From: Paecilomyces variotii
Lineage: Eukaryota
Strand: one strand, 5' to 3'
NCBI GenBank assembly: GCA_004022145.1
Contig: RCNU01000002.1
Length of the DNA: 64,000 bases
The notes below the pieces were generated by a model. The model did no database searches, was not told where the DNA came from, and saw nothing but the letters and a program-made list of their open reading frames with translations. The translations under genes were made by a program, and so were the position numbers. Below, piece after piece: positions 13,223 to 26,165 of the stretch (positions within the stretch are counted from its first letter, which is position 1; every line of letters starts with the position of its first letter).

Positions 13223-13979
13223 GATTCCCTTTCAGTACGGTTCTACTGCAGGATGGTGATAGCAGGTTTGCGATTATTAGTTACTATCTTGTGGGATGAT
13301 TCAGAATGACTCCGGAATCTAAAGTCGCAATGCTAGTTTTCCCGTTCCGGGTGAAGACTGATCCGTCAGACGGGAACATCAATTAGCCTTGATCGCCCAG
13401 CACCGCCGTCATGAACAATGTTGTTGTTTCATTTCTATCCGTACAGCAGTTTTCCATTCGATACGCCATGTTCTCTTACCACGGACTCGGTATAGCGCCC
13501 AGAGTGCGCTCAATGCGCGCTTGTGAATTTCGCAAACGGCATCTTTCGGGAATATCTAATGACATCATCCCGCCATGAACTCTTTCGATGCGCATCTTCA
13601 CGATCATTTCCCAGGCAGCCGATATACATCAACTGGACACGCTAAGTGACTAATGGTACAGATGGGGACAGACTGCAGCAACAATGGCTCCATCTATACA
13701 GGAACAGGGCCACTTCTACCTATGCAACCACGAGCCGATATCCGACTCGCCCGAGACAGCTACAACAGCGCATCCGGTACCGCAGGAACCGAAGCGCAGA
13801 TCGAAAGCTTGATTTACAAAGCTATCCACAAGTCGATATACCATCAGATATGTGGAGGAGAGCTGTCTGTGACTGGCTGTCGCCCTTCTCGGCCGACAGA
13901 TCGTCAAAATGACTTCATCGACTCTATGAAGTATACAAAAGCGACCACCAGCTTATGTGATCTGGTACTTGAGCTGAGG

Positions 13980-13987
13980 TATATAAA
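13980..13987 (+). promoter_or_regulatory. TATA box upstream of the FMN oxidase gene
   Basis: TATATAAA about 100 bp upstream of ATG 14088. Confidence 0.5.
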
Positions 13988-14087
13988 TCAAGCACTGCCA
14001 GGGTGTTTTTGACTCTCAGAATATTGAAGCTCAGTAAATATCTATTGAGAAGTTTGATAACTGCCAGCGCAAAGGAAATCAACAAAC

Positions 14088-15418
14088 ATGAGTGACCCCA
14101 ACAACCCCAACATTCAGAAGAGGACAACCCCTCAATGGGGTCTCTACCAAAGGGAGAACTTCTGGAAGCTGAATGAGGGCAAGACTGTCCCTTTCAACAC
14201 AGGTTAGTGTCTTTCAATCTCCCATATATATTAAACCTATTCAACTAACAGCAACTGCGCTCGTCAGACCCCAAGAAGTTGGAAGAAAAGGCAAAGGAAG
14301 TCCTCAGTCTGGGAGGATGGTACTATGCATCTTCGAATGCTGGCATGTCCAACACACATCTTGCCAACCGACAGGCATTCTTCCGTCACCGTATCATCCC
14401 GAACCAGCTCGTGGACACCAACCTCCGAGACACCACTACAGAGATCTTCGGCCACAAGGTCTCCGCCCCCATTGGATTCGCACCTATCGGTATCAACAAG
14501 ATCTACCACAACCTTGCTGAGGTGCCCGTTGCCAAAGTGGCTGGCGAGTTGAATCTGCCATACTGTCTCTCCACGGCAGGGAGCACACCGATCGAGAAAG
14601 TCGCTGAAGCGAACGGCAAAGGCCCACGCTTCTATCAGCTATACATGCCACACGACGACGAACTGACCCTTTCACTGCTCAACCGTGCCTGGAAGTCTGG
14701 TTTTGACGCCCTGATCCTCACAACCGATACCTGGCAACTGGGCTGGCGACATGACGATGTCGCTAACTCCAACTACGCCTTCTACCGCGGCATCGGCGCG
14801 GACCTTGGTCTCAGCGACCCTGTATTCCAGAAACGATGCCGCGAGGCCGGCATCGACCCAGAGAAAGACAAAGTCGCAGCATCCGCGAAGTGGATCGACA
14901 GCGTCTGGCACGGCCGCGCCTGGTCCTGGGAGAAGATCCCATGGCTGATCAAGGAGTGGAAGCGCATCTCCGGCGGCCGCCCTTTCGCCATCAAGGGCAT
15001 CCAATCCGTCGCTGACGCCAAGAAATGCGTCGAGCTAGGCGTCGACGGTATCGTGGTCAGTAACCACGCCGGCCGCCAAGTCGACGGCGCCATTGCGTCC
15101 CTCGACGCCCTCGAGAACATCGCGAACGCCGTCGGCGACAAGATCTATATCATGTTCGACTCTGGCGTGCGTGGGGCCAGTGATGTCGTCAAGGCCCTCT
15201 CGCTGGGTGCCAAGTTCGTCTTCATCGGCCGTCTCTGGGTCTGGGGTCTCAGTATCATGGGTGAAGAGGGTGTTCGACACGTCATGAAATCCCTTCTTGC
15301 TGATTTGGATATTCTCATGGGCGTGGGTGGATTCAATAGCGTGAAGGATTTCAATAAGGATATTCTCGAATCGTACCCGAAGGGGTATACCTTGATTGCT
15401 GATAAATCGGCCATCTAA
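14088..15418 (+). CDS. FMN-dependent alpha-hydroxy acid oxidase, lactate 2-monooxygenase-like, 2 exons
   Basis: Exon 1 14088-14202 (MSDPNNPNIQKRTTPQWGLYQRENF), intron 14203-14267. Family motifs APIG, FYQLY, TDTWQLGWR, IKGIQS, VSNHAGRQVDG, DSGVRGASD and IGR. No cytochrome b5 domain. Confidence 0.93.
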
Positions 15419-16481
15419 ACCCGAATCAGTTATAAGAGACACAAAGACATAAACCAAGATCTTTATGTGTCATGGCCAGAGGACAAGAGCGGAGCGAGTT
15501 CTGACTACTCTCGGGATCAAATCACCAGATAACACATGTGGATTGATGAACAGTATGATGACTATGTAACGAGCACAGCATATAGTAATGAATGATACAA
15601 TTTCTACATATCGAGATGATACGAGGTATTATAGAGTAGACGCAGGTCTGGATCTGGTCCCTGAAATACAGGGGAAGAAGAAATATTCCTAAATTCCATT
15701 TGCATTTTTCCATTCCGTATATCGTAGTGAATATACACCTAACTTAGCTATTCTTGATTCAGAATCTATCTCATAGACAGGGAAAGACAAAGGCTAGCGC
15801 GAAGCCACGAGGCTGCATGGGGTGAAGTAGCAGGATCAGGAGGGAAAAGAACACGGAGTGTTTCTGCGGAAACGCAGTGAGTGGTTTGTTTGGATAGGGA
15901 TAAGAGGCTTTCCTTCCTTGCGTGTTTGTTTCTAGGTCCGAATCCAGCGAACCAAGGCCTATTTTTAAAAAATCGGTTTTATGCTCTTGGTTGACCGATT
16001 TAAAAGAGAGAGAAAACAGTGCCACCTTAGATGCAGAGTGTAACAGATGAGCTGGATAGGATGGGTGACGGCCCCCCGCATGGAGGATGCACCCGTAGCC
16101 AGCATGAAAGACAGTGATGGAGTTGATCGAAAACGAAAGTGCCACAAGGGGTACAAGCCGTAATGGTGCTTGCTCCACTTGCTCGTATAGACGCTGTTAA
16201 GGACAGGTAGATGAGACAGGAAACATTAAAAGGCGATATAGATTGCAATATGCAGCCAGACCGACTGTACAGCTAGGTCGGGAGGAAGGGAAGTAGTAGT
16301 AGAGGCTATGCACGTTTCAGAGAGGGTGCGCAATAGAGTACAAAAGAAGCATCGGACCTAGGACATGGAGCTTGTAGTGTAGTCCACAAGGCTCTTGTAT
16401 ATCGAATGTCCACTTCAGTAACAATGATGGATGCTCGCGGAGAACGTTCGGGGACATTTTGATTCTCAAGCTGCCTAGCGT

Positions 16482-17973
16482 TTAGAGAAGCGACAGCCAG
16501 AGCATGGTTCCAAAGCCCGCGAGGAGGAGCGGGAGATTGACAGAAGTTGTACCCGCGGTTCCATTCGCTGCTTGGTGCGGAGAGGTGCCCGAAGCCGAAG
16601 CCGTAGCCGTGGAACTAGACGTCGAGACAGCCTGGGCGTTGGATGCCACGGTGGGCTGGGTAGTCGAATTGGATGGAGTCTGATCAGCACGGTTGGCAAA
16701 CCCTACTCGGTTGTTGTCATAGTCGAAGACAGAGTAGACATTCTTCATGAAAACGTCGCCCACTAGCCAGTCTGTGTTCCCGAAGGTCGTGTGGCCGATG
16801 ATGTTCGACATGCAGTTGTTGCCGGTATTGTCGATAGTTGAACCGACGTAATCCTTGGGGGAAATGGCATACGTAGCACCGGAGAATGTGATGGCCACGG
16901 TGCTGTTTGAGCTGCATGGGATGACGAAATCCTCCCCCGAGGGCGAAGAGCCTGGGATAAGAGCATGCAGAGCGCTGGCATCCGCAGGAGGGATCAAGAT
17001 GTAGGAGGTTCCCGAGTCGATGATTGCAGACCTGCCAGTCAAATTCAACGCCTTACCATCCACACTAGCATCATCCAGGGGAATCTGCCAGAAGGAGGCA
17101 TCTCCGGTCGTGTTGGTGTAGGTAATATCGCCAGCAAATTTGTTCTGGTCGACAGCGCCGAAAGAAATCTCACCATCCTTGGCCCCGTCAGAAGCACGCT
17201 GCAGACTGAGAGCCACAATGTTCGACTTCAACAACTTCGCATCCGAGACAGCATCCATAAAGCTCTTGGTGCCAAGTTGGTTGTTGTCTGATCGGCCCAA
17301 ACCCAATATGCCGTCGAACGGATACTGCAGGAAGTCGTCCGATGTCTGCTTCGCCCAGCCAAATGTCATTGTAAACTCGAAGCCGGCAAACGAGACCTTG
17401 TCGCTGGCCAGGACTCCACTGACTTTGCCGCTTCCGTAGCCGACATCCCACGAGTTCGACGTGACCTGTAGACTGGACGAATCGCTCGGTCCAAAAGTGT
17501 TGTGTTGTGCGCAGGCCTTGGACGTGCAGTCCGTACCCATGACCCATGTGTTGAGACCACCGGTATCCAACAGCATCCACATCTCCTTGCCTTGCGACCC
17601 GAAATCCACCACGGAGAAGTATGAATAGTCGTGGCCGTCTTCATCGATCGCGACGCTGTGAGACATGGTCGGGGTCTTTCCCTTGATCACTGGATAGTTA
17701 TTATCTCGACGGATCACCTGCAAACACATCAGCTGGGGTGTCAAAGTTAGGAAGGGTTTCCAATTGACGAACATTGTTCGGCACCTTCTTGATATCCAAG
17801 CTGATTCCATGGTTGTCAGCATTGGCTGGCAGAGTCCATGGGAAGAATCGACTCTTCAGCTTTCCTGGCGATGAGCTGCCGCTGGAAATATCGAGTTTAA
17901 ACGAGTAAGGATAGAAGGCCGTTACGCCTGTGGACAGGAATGTGGAGAGCAGAACACATGATGGGAGATGCAT
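16482..17973 (-). CDS. ctsD: Secreted, probably GPI-anchored pepsin-family (A1) aspartic endopeptidase, CtsD-like
   Basis: Signal peptide [19 protein letters not shown] and one intron near 17718-17780. Catalytic LLDTGG and IIDSGT motifs, [24 protein letters not shown]. Ser/Thr-rich tail and hydrophobic C-terminus. Confidence 0.9.
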
Positions 17974-18458
17974 GATCCGGGGAAGGATCTAATAGTTCTT
18001 GAATGTGGCTGGAGGCAGCATTTGATGGTTTCTGACGAAGCCACTCAGCAAGTCAGATACTCGCAACAGAAATGCGTATTTTCAACGCAAATTGCACTGA
18101 GCGAGACACAGAGAAAACCGGGCTGATATATGTACAGGTGCAGACCAACAGATGTTAGTTCACAATTGTCTGATTGCACTAGCCAAAGGAGTCCGTTTAT
18201 GACCGATCTATCTCTTCTTTTCTTTTCCTGCTGGTTCGAGATGTGCAATGGAGAATCTCGAGACCAGATCTATTTTCTGGATAGTGAATGTGCTTGAAGA
18301 CCGGGTTTACTGGAGGGGAAAACGAGGGAAAACAGAAACCGACGAGGGGTTAGCCACGAGAGAAGACCCCACAGTCCAGCAAGCAATTAAAACAAATGAA
18401 TGAGAGGACCAGAAATTAAAGGAAAGGATGAAAAAGAAGAGACAGGAAGGTACATTGA

Positions 18459-18491
18459 CGATGAAGATGAAGATGAAGATGAAGATGAAGA
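18459..18491. repeat. (GATGAA)n microsatellite
   Basis: About 5 consecutive GATGAA units upstream of ctsD. Confidence 0.85.
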
Positions 18492-21400
18492 CTGCGTCCA
18501 GGTCGAGATAGAAGAGAGTCTCTACTCCGTATTAGCTATTTACACCCAACTGGCCGGTGCGTTCTCCAGCCAAGGAACCAGGGGGGCGCACCAGCCGCCC
18601 GTCAGCCAAACAGTCATCTTTATCAGCCGATCCGTGGAGTTTGCCCCTGGCCGTCTTTGCCCGTTTGGATGTTTAGTCGCTCTGCTTCCAAGGTCTGTGG
18701 CGGCATCTCAGCACGTAGCTCGACGCGGTTTCTGAGCTTTTTTTGTCCGGGTTGCAGCGGGTTGAATTGTTCGTCGGCCGTGTTGAGCTCCACCCCTTAA
18801 ACCAACTGACTGAGATAGACTTGCTAAATGCAGATATGGTGGTCAAGGCGACTATAATCAATGATTGATTGCTGGCTCACTGCCACTTGCGCCCAACTGA
18901 TGTGCAGCTCATCATAAGGACTTTCATAATGTGTTCGTTGAAAGTGGCAGGCAATTTTCTGATAGACCACGCACAGCGGACCCTGATGTTTCAGCTGCAA
19001 CCAACACCATGGAATTGATTGATCGCATCCAACCGCAGTGGGCTGTCGCAGGTGATAACTTACACGCAGGTGGATGAACCCACCCCCACAATGACAGCAT
19101 CGACAGTCGACCAAGATAGCCGGCTTTGAAGCCAAGCAGACCGTTCTCAGATACCGTTGACCAACAAGAAACGGCGGCCTCGCACACTAGCAGCAACGGC
19201 AGAATCATAGAATATCCATCTCATGTGTGCATCGCGCAACCCTGATGATTGTGGAAGTCAAGATAAGAGGAAAATGAGCAAGTAATAGTCTTTGGCGTGT
19301 ATCATTCCAACTGTTCGCCTGTCCGGGGTGACACGTACTCGGCCATGTCGATCGCAGTCTGGACAATGCACGGGCAAATAGGGTCTAGAACTCTGATCTC
19401 CATCGGTTACGTCTGACCTGGTGGGAATGCTCTCAGGGTCAATTAAACCGAAATGATTATATCTTGGAATTGTTACCCATGGGACAACTCTGGATGCCTG
19501 TTTCATGTCGACACTGTGCCAATTGTTGATGAGAACAGAACGCTCTGTCCACCTTGAATGAACCTGGCGATCGGATGGAACTGCACGGCACACGGAGCTG
19601 CTAACCTCCGCATCTAGACTCGGCCAGCTTGGTTACAGGGATCTCGAACGAACTAGACCAATCTGCAGCAATCTCGATGCGGCAGTTTACATTCGTCCGC
19701 GATGCAACCTGCAATCCTGGTCCGACCACATGAAGCAGAACTTTGAATCAAATCTCACTTGAACAGCGATTCCTTTCTTCCTTTCTTCTTTTTTTATTCG
19801 ATGGCAGGCGCCATGATGGGGATTGAGGAGCTGGTTCGATATTCAAAGCCGCGACCTGCGACTGGATCTATCAAATTCTATGGACCGACCAGCGGGGTGC
19901 GAGTGAGAGAAGCCGTCATGCAATCGCAGGCATTAGCTTATGCACAGTTCGATGGGCATTCCAGAACGCGATGCAAGCTCAATGCCGATTTTCAAGACAG
20001 AGAAGATATCTATGATACGCAGGACCAGCCTTTCTCCGATTTATTGACCATCTCCATAACGTGCCCTATTCTCCTGGATTATGCTTTATACTGATCTAGT
20101 AAAGGTTGTACTGTACAGCATAGTATGCATCGGACTCGCTGTATCGAACAATTAGCAGTGCTTTCCAATGGAAACAGCTATATGTTTTAACCTGACTTAC
20201 TGCCAGTCCGGAATACCTTCGAGTAAACGCAGCAACATGCCACGGTTCGTCTATTTTACATTTTCCCACATACAAGGCAGGAAAAGTCCTATCAAGCTCT
20301 ACTCGTTTTAAGAATACCCAGAAGGTAGAACAATAGATAGGTTATCGTTTTCCACAGGGCACAGTGAAAACCTAGGCCAAAGAACAAGCTATTGATATTT
20401 TTCTAACGCCTAATTCTTACCCTCTCATATAATACTGTATAACCGCATATGTTGCCTGATCATGACACTGTCCGCAGGCCATTTGTTAATTGAGATAGAT
20501 AACTACAAATAGCCTCAGTATCGACCTTCTTCCTAAGACACCCAGCCCTTAGGAGATCGAGGTAAAGGATATCAGATGTCTCTGAAGTCGGGATTTTATG
20601 ACTGTATTTTCCATTCACGATATTTCCTCACATACCTTGCCAGAAGGATTGGATTGTGCATCCATTGAGACTATACATATATTTCCTGTTAGAAACCAAG
20701 GAAAGGCACTTGATCTAACTTCTAAAACATCGAGGCACTAAACAACAATAACAATAACATGACAATCTAGCATGCTCTGCATCGCCAATATAATCACAAT
20801 TTCTATTGCTGTAATTCCACGCAATGAAGATAGATCGACATAAAAAAAAAATAACAAATACACACCGCAACGACAACAAGCGCAACTCGAACTAATCGAC
20901 ATTGTATATTGAGCAAAATATAGCTAGCTCCCTTTCTTTACTACCTGAGTAACAGTATCTACTTAGATATTCCCCGCATCATAACCATATCCCTTCAGCT
21001 TATCCCCAACCTCTCCATTTTTTTTTCTTTTTTCTCTCTCTTTTACATGCATCAAATCACACCACATCTCGACTTTTCCCCCACGATTCTGGATTGTTGT
21101 TTCACTTTCTGCACAGCTCGCCTATCCGTCCGACCGACCGACTAAATACGGTAAAGTAACTGCTAAAAAAGTCGGGAAGCAATCTACCGCACTAGCCATT
21201 GATAATATCAGGACAAATAGAAATGCAGAAGCACGAGTCTAATCCATATGATAAACTGCATGGTGGATAAAAAGCAAAAAAAGAAGAAAGAGCTTAGCAT
21301 GTCTACCCCACATTCAGTCAGTACATAGTCATACTATATCGACTATAAGTAACTTAATCTGAACTAGGTGTGTGGCTCCACTGGCCTTGTATATCAATGC

Positions 21401-22897
21401 CGTTTACAGTAGAGGAATTGACATTCTCTAGGTAACTATATTCAGTTATCTTGCTTTTTATCACTTACTTGCTTGTCAAAATAAAATGGAGAAAAAAAAA
21501 AGGATAGGGAAAGTACAAAAGACGCATGAGATGAAGAAGAAGAAAGAAAGAAAGAAAAAAAAAAGTCTCAAGTTCCAGATATCCCTTCCTCCATGAATTC
21601 ATGTGTATATAGAACTGCAGATTCACTAAACTACCTATGATCTACAGCTATAGGTTTCTTCAAGACTCAAGTAAAATACAACTACCATACCAGAAGTACT
21701 GTACAGTATATACCCTGTTCCTTCACACATATAGTAGGATAGTCCTATAATCCCACCAATTTACTCCACAGATAACCAAAGCCAACCATCACTCATCATA
21801 TTTGTATTCGCGCTAACTAACTACCCCAGTCCCTGCCCCTCTACGGTACAGTGTACTAAGTGGACACCTACAGTACTCCGACCCCAGAAAATATGGTACG
21901 TACCATACATAAACAAAAAAAATCCCCCACATTCCATCTTTCCGTGGAGATTTTACCATTCATTCCCCCTCTCTCACGCATCGAGTTCAGCTGATTACGT
22001 ATAGTATGGTATGTAGATCTGCGAAGCAAGACGTCCATCCATCCACTCGTCCATTGAAATTAATAATACTATCTCTCGTACCCGTTAACTGGCTAGCTAG
22101 CTACAATCTACTAGTAGTTAGTTACTGCAGCTGCCAAATGTCCCCTACAGGGATGCATGGATCAAATGCAGTGTTCACTGAATGAAGTAAGTGCATTATC
22201 CTGTATCATTATTGATGACTTCTTTTTGGCAGGTATAGTTAGTATACTCCTTTTACCCCGCACGCGGTGTCTTCACCGCTTGTCCACTGTCCCAAGTTCA
22301 AGTGAGTTGTGATTGTGGATGCGTGATAGAACTGGTCATGTGATGAGCGATGAGCTTATTTTCGGAGGAGATCCTTTTTCTCGGGGGCGTATTCTTTTTT
22401 GCGGAGGTGGAATGTATGCGGCTAGAGATGGGTGGTCATGGGGTGGTCCCGAGTCGGCTAATGTGGCTGTACGGAGTATGTTGGCGTCGCGATACGGGGT
22501 GATAAGCTAAGGCTGCTTACTCCGTAGATAGTGTTGCTTCTCGGGAGTTTCGAGCTTGTATGTACGTACTATGTTTTGGATAATTCGTAGATATTCGATT
22601 TAAAGAGGATAGTGAAAATGGTATATCGAATAGATTCAATTTCAAATGAGATCCTCAAAACTGGATCCGGCTGAGGGCAGTAGTCAACCACAGAATGAAA
22701 ATCTCACGGGTTCTTTACACTGCTTCCTGCATTTCCTATCCCGCTAAAGAGAGAACGCTCATAATAAAACAAGTGGAACGGAGCAACCGGTCACAGGAAA
22801 ACAAAAGGGGCAAGGATCAACAAATTGGCATTATCGCTAGGAACGGGAGGAAAAAAATAAAAGAGAGATTCGTCACAGGAAACCACCACGTCGCCGC

Positions 22898-23769
22898 TCA
22901 CTTGCGCTGACTAGTTTGTTTGGGCCCTAAAATGTCATCCACGATGCCACTCCACAGATCCCGTAAGATGCCAGTCTCTTGCGATTGTCCGTTGTTCTGA
23001 GCCCGGATGGCGTTGCCCCGAGACTTCCCGACAGCCTCGGTCAGCGAGAAGGGATCGATGTCCACGGCGTGGTTGTCAACTACGTCGCTCATGACACTCA
23101 CAGCCGAGTCCGACGACAGCTCGCCGACCGCGTGGACCTGAGGCTTCATCGGTGAGACGTAGTCGGTCTGCGTCTCGATCTTGTGTCCGTAGTTATCGGG
23201 GAAGGTCGGGATGCGGGGACCGCTGACGGAGGGGGTTGCGTCGACGTCGGCCATCGAAGGCATATAGGCAAAGTCAATGGTGGATGAATCGTGGACGGCC
23301 TTGCTGGCGCGCGAGGTGTTAAACTGGCGGGTGCTGCAAAGAGTCAAGGTTAGCGGGAATCCGCCGCATCGCGTTCCGTTCCGGGATGGAAACATACCCG
23401 CTGAATGCGCTGCCATCGATTCTTCTCATGGCGATGCTGAAAGCACGCGATTGGAGCATGTCATGGTTGTTGAGGCGGTCAACAAGCTAATGCGGTCGTG
23501 ATGTCAGCATCTCTGGCTTTGTTGTCGGAACTGTTGAGACGCATTGAACGTACCTCGTCCTTGCTGCCAGCGGATCCTATCCGTCTCTTCTGGCACTCTG
23601 CCTTCAGGTCTGCAAGAGTGCGGGTAGCATATAGTGTCGTCTTGTCCGCTGCGTTGGCGGGCTGCGCGGATTGAGCGCCTGTGATGTGGAGGGAACGGCG
23701 CAGAGGCGCAGAGTGCAGCTGGGACAGCGCGCGCAGGGCACGTAGGGAGGTTGATCGAGGAGCAGCCAT
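22898..23769 (-). CDS. SAP-domain protein with mitochondrial-type presequence (Aim34-like), 3 exons
   Basis: MAAPRSTSLRALRALSQ presequence. Splicing joins a SAP motif TLADLKAECQKRRIGSAGSKDE/LVDRL. Downstream RQFNTSRASKAVHDSSTIDFAYMP and C-terminal LRDLWSGIVDDILG. Confidence 0.8.
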
Positions 23770-26165
23770 TGAGATGAATGTGTAGGAAATTAAGATAACG
23801 ATACGACGGAATCGATGAGCCTATAGCTTGCGCGATGCAATGAGTAACGTGGACAGTGTCGAGCTGCAGGTGTATTGGTAGTAGTAGTGAGGTGTATGAG
23901 GTGTAGGAGGTGTAGGGGCTTCGAGAAGAAATAAACAATAATGGCAATCGTGGTAGGCAACAAAATATCAGGAGGGGGGAAATAAGCAATATAACTAATT
24001 ATCACTTACTGTCAGGGAGAGTCTAGACTAGCGTAAGCTGATCGAAACGGGACACCGAGACGTGGTTCCGGTCAACTTTTGGATGCTTGCGGTAAAGTGT
24101 TGGGGAGAGCTGCGATAACTGATCAGTAAGGCAGCCCAGAAACTTGGCGGTCTGGACAGGGAGAGACTATCGAAGCCACGAGTGGACATTGTTTGATATC
24201 ACAGACATACCTGTGCTGGTGGTGAGACAGTATTCTGCGAGCTCCGTCTTGGTCGTGCGCAGGAGTGATGTTTCTGTCTCAACAGGGGTTGAGGCTAGGG
24301 AAGCTTGGCTGTTGTCTCTCTTTTGCTTTTTGCAGTGTGCCTGTATGGATTATTATTGGAAATACGGTGCGGAAAAGATCTCAGACCAAAGTAGCCACGA
24401 GATGTTTGGGACGGACCTCCTGGCTCCTTTTAAGGCGTGAGACGTGACTACGAGCGGGACAGGAATATGTAACTAATCGAGTACGGAGCAGTTTTACTAA
24501 TTACACAGCTCTAGAGAAGAGCAGATCGAACATTCCCCATGACCAACAATAATCTTCCACCGGCACAATTGCTCTCTCATCAGCCGTGTGGGTGTCGACA
24601 GCCACCATATCTAGAGTACTCCGGATGGGACGATCATTGGCCGCTCCGGAGCGTTATGGGATGGAGATCCATGGAGATCCAGGATGACGCCAGCAAAGAG
24701 TTTCTCGTTGTCTCTGTGTCTGTTCTCTTTCCATCCATCCATTTTATCCACCCATAATCATATCCATCTCCCCAGGCGGGGATAAGGGGGAATGCAGCAG
24801 CTTCATCCGTGAACCAGCAACAGCAGATTGTCGCGTTGATCCAGCAGGGCGGAGGAAGCTCTCCCCAGACAAGCCAGACGTTGGCGTTCCCTGGCGATCC
24901 GGTGGGCCAATCACGTTGGGGATCTGGCCCGCATTACTCTAGACTCGTTGAGGAACAGGGGTCCCCGGAGTGGGGCAACTTGCTTCTGGAAGGGGAAGCG
25001 GTGAGGGGATGATCAGATCATGAGGGGGAACTCAATGGAAGTGGAAGCATTCCTAGTAGTACTTCAAGCAACCAGTGGTGGTCGTCTTGTACTCTGCACT
25101 CTCCGCAGAGCCAGAGCCTACTCCAAATATGACGGGCTAACAGTGATACTACTTTCGTCCATCTATCTACTCCCTATGGTAGATAGTAGATACCAGACAC
25201 TCATGGAGAGCAACGGAGAGTTTCTCCAGATTATTAACAGCTCTCTCCGGTGGCGGCCGCTCCACCGGATCCTTCCGGAGTTGCGACTGGTCTCCCCAAG
25301 GCTCAAGCATCGACAGGTCACGTGAAGACCCTGACTCACCTCGCCGGTGACGCAGCACGATGCCATCTGCCCGAGGCACGACTAGAGTATACTAGAGGAT
25401 CACTGTACTCCGGAGACGACTCCATAGTTAAAAAGCTCCGAGATGCAACGGGGTGCTTATTTCCGGAAGACGGAAGGCTTGAAGAACAACTCATCATCCC
25501 CGGTCGTCCGGGGAGTGGGGATCAGATGGAAAGATGGAAAGAAATCATGAAGAAAATAATAAAATAAAATTTAAGAAAAATTAAAAAATTAAAAAAAAGA
25601 GGACGTCTCTACTGATCGGTTCGCCGTAATCAGTAGATAACCCGTTTCGATCGACGAATTTCCTGCATTTGATCCATCTCACGGTCTTTACCCGGTCCTG
25701 GATCAGATGGGGACCTTCGGACCAAGCTCGGACTTTTCGATGAGTGGGGGAATGGATCTTTCTGAAAGTAGGAGAAAGCTGTGTCTGTCTCTTGACTCTC
25801 TTCAATCAAAAGTGCAGCATATAGACTTTCCGCTGGGCCTCGGCATCTGGTGTGAGACGTCTCAGGAGTCAGGACAGAGTGTAGATGGCATGACCTCGGT
25901 GCTGTCGTCACCGGACTTGATGTCTGCCTCGATCCGTTGTGGTCAGATTCGAATCGACTGTCGATTCTGGCGGCAGTGTCGGGGACGAAACAGTCGGGAA
26001 CCCTGATCATACAGCCTCTTTGTTCCATCCTACTTTCTTCGATAATACTAATACAGCCTCACGTTAACTACCAATCTTGCGCACGCTCCAAGTAGAAGAG
26101 AACCAATCAGCAAATGACGACATATAAGATGACCAATCATAGCTCTCTCTCTATTGTGTATCTGT

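Noticed and set aside
13653..14012. 119-aa ORF in the thioesterase/oxidase divergent promoter
   Set aside because: No recognisable homology, and it overlaps the oxidase TATA box; probably a chance ORF.
24100..26030. Overlapping short ORFs between the SAP gene and the cyb2-like gene
   Set aside because: No domain, several non-ATG starts and no consistent splice model.
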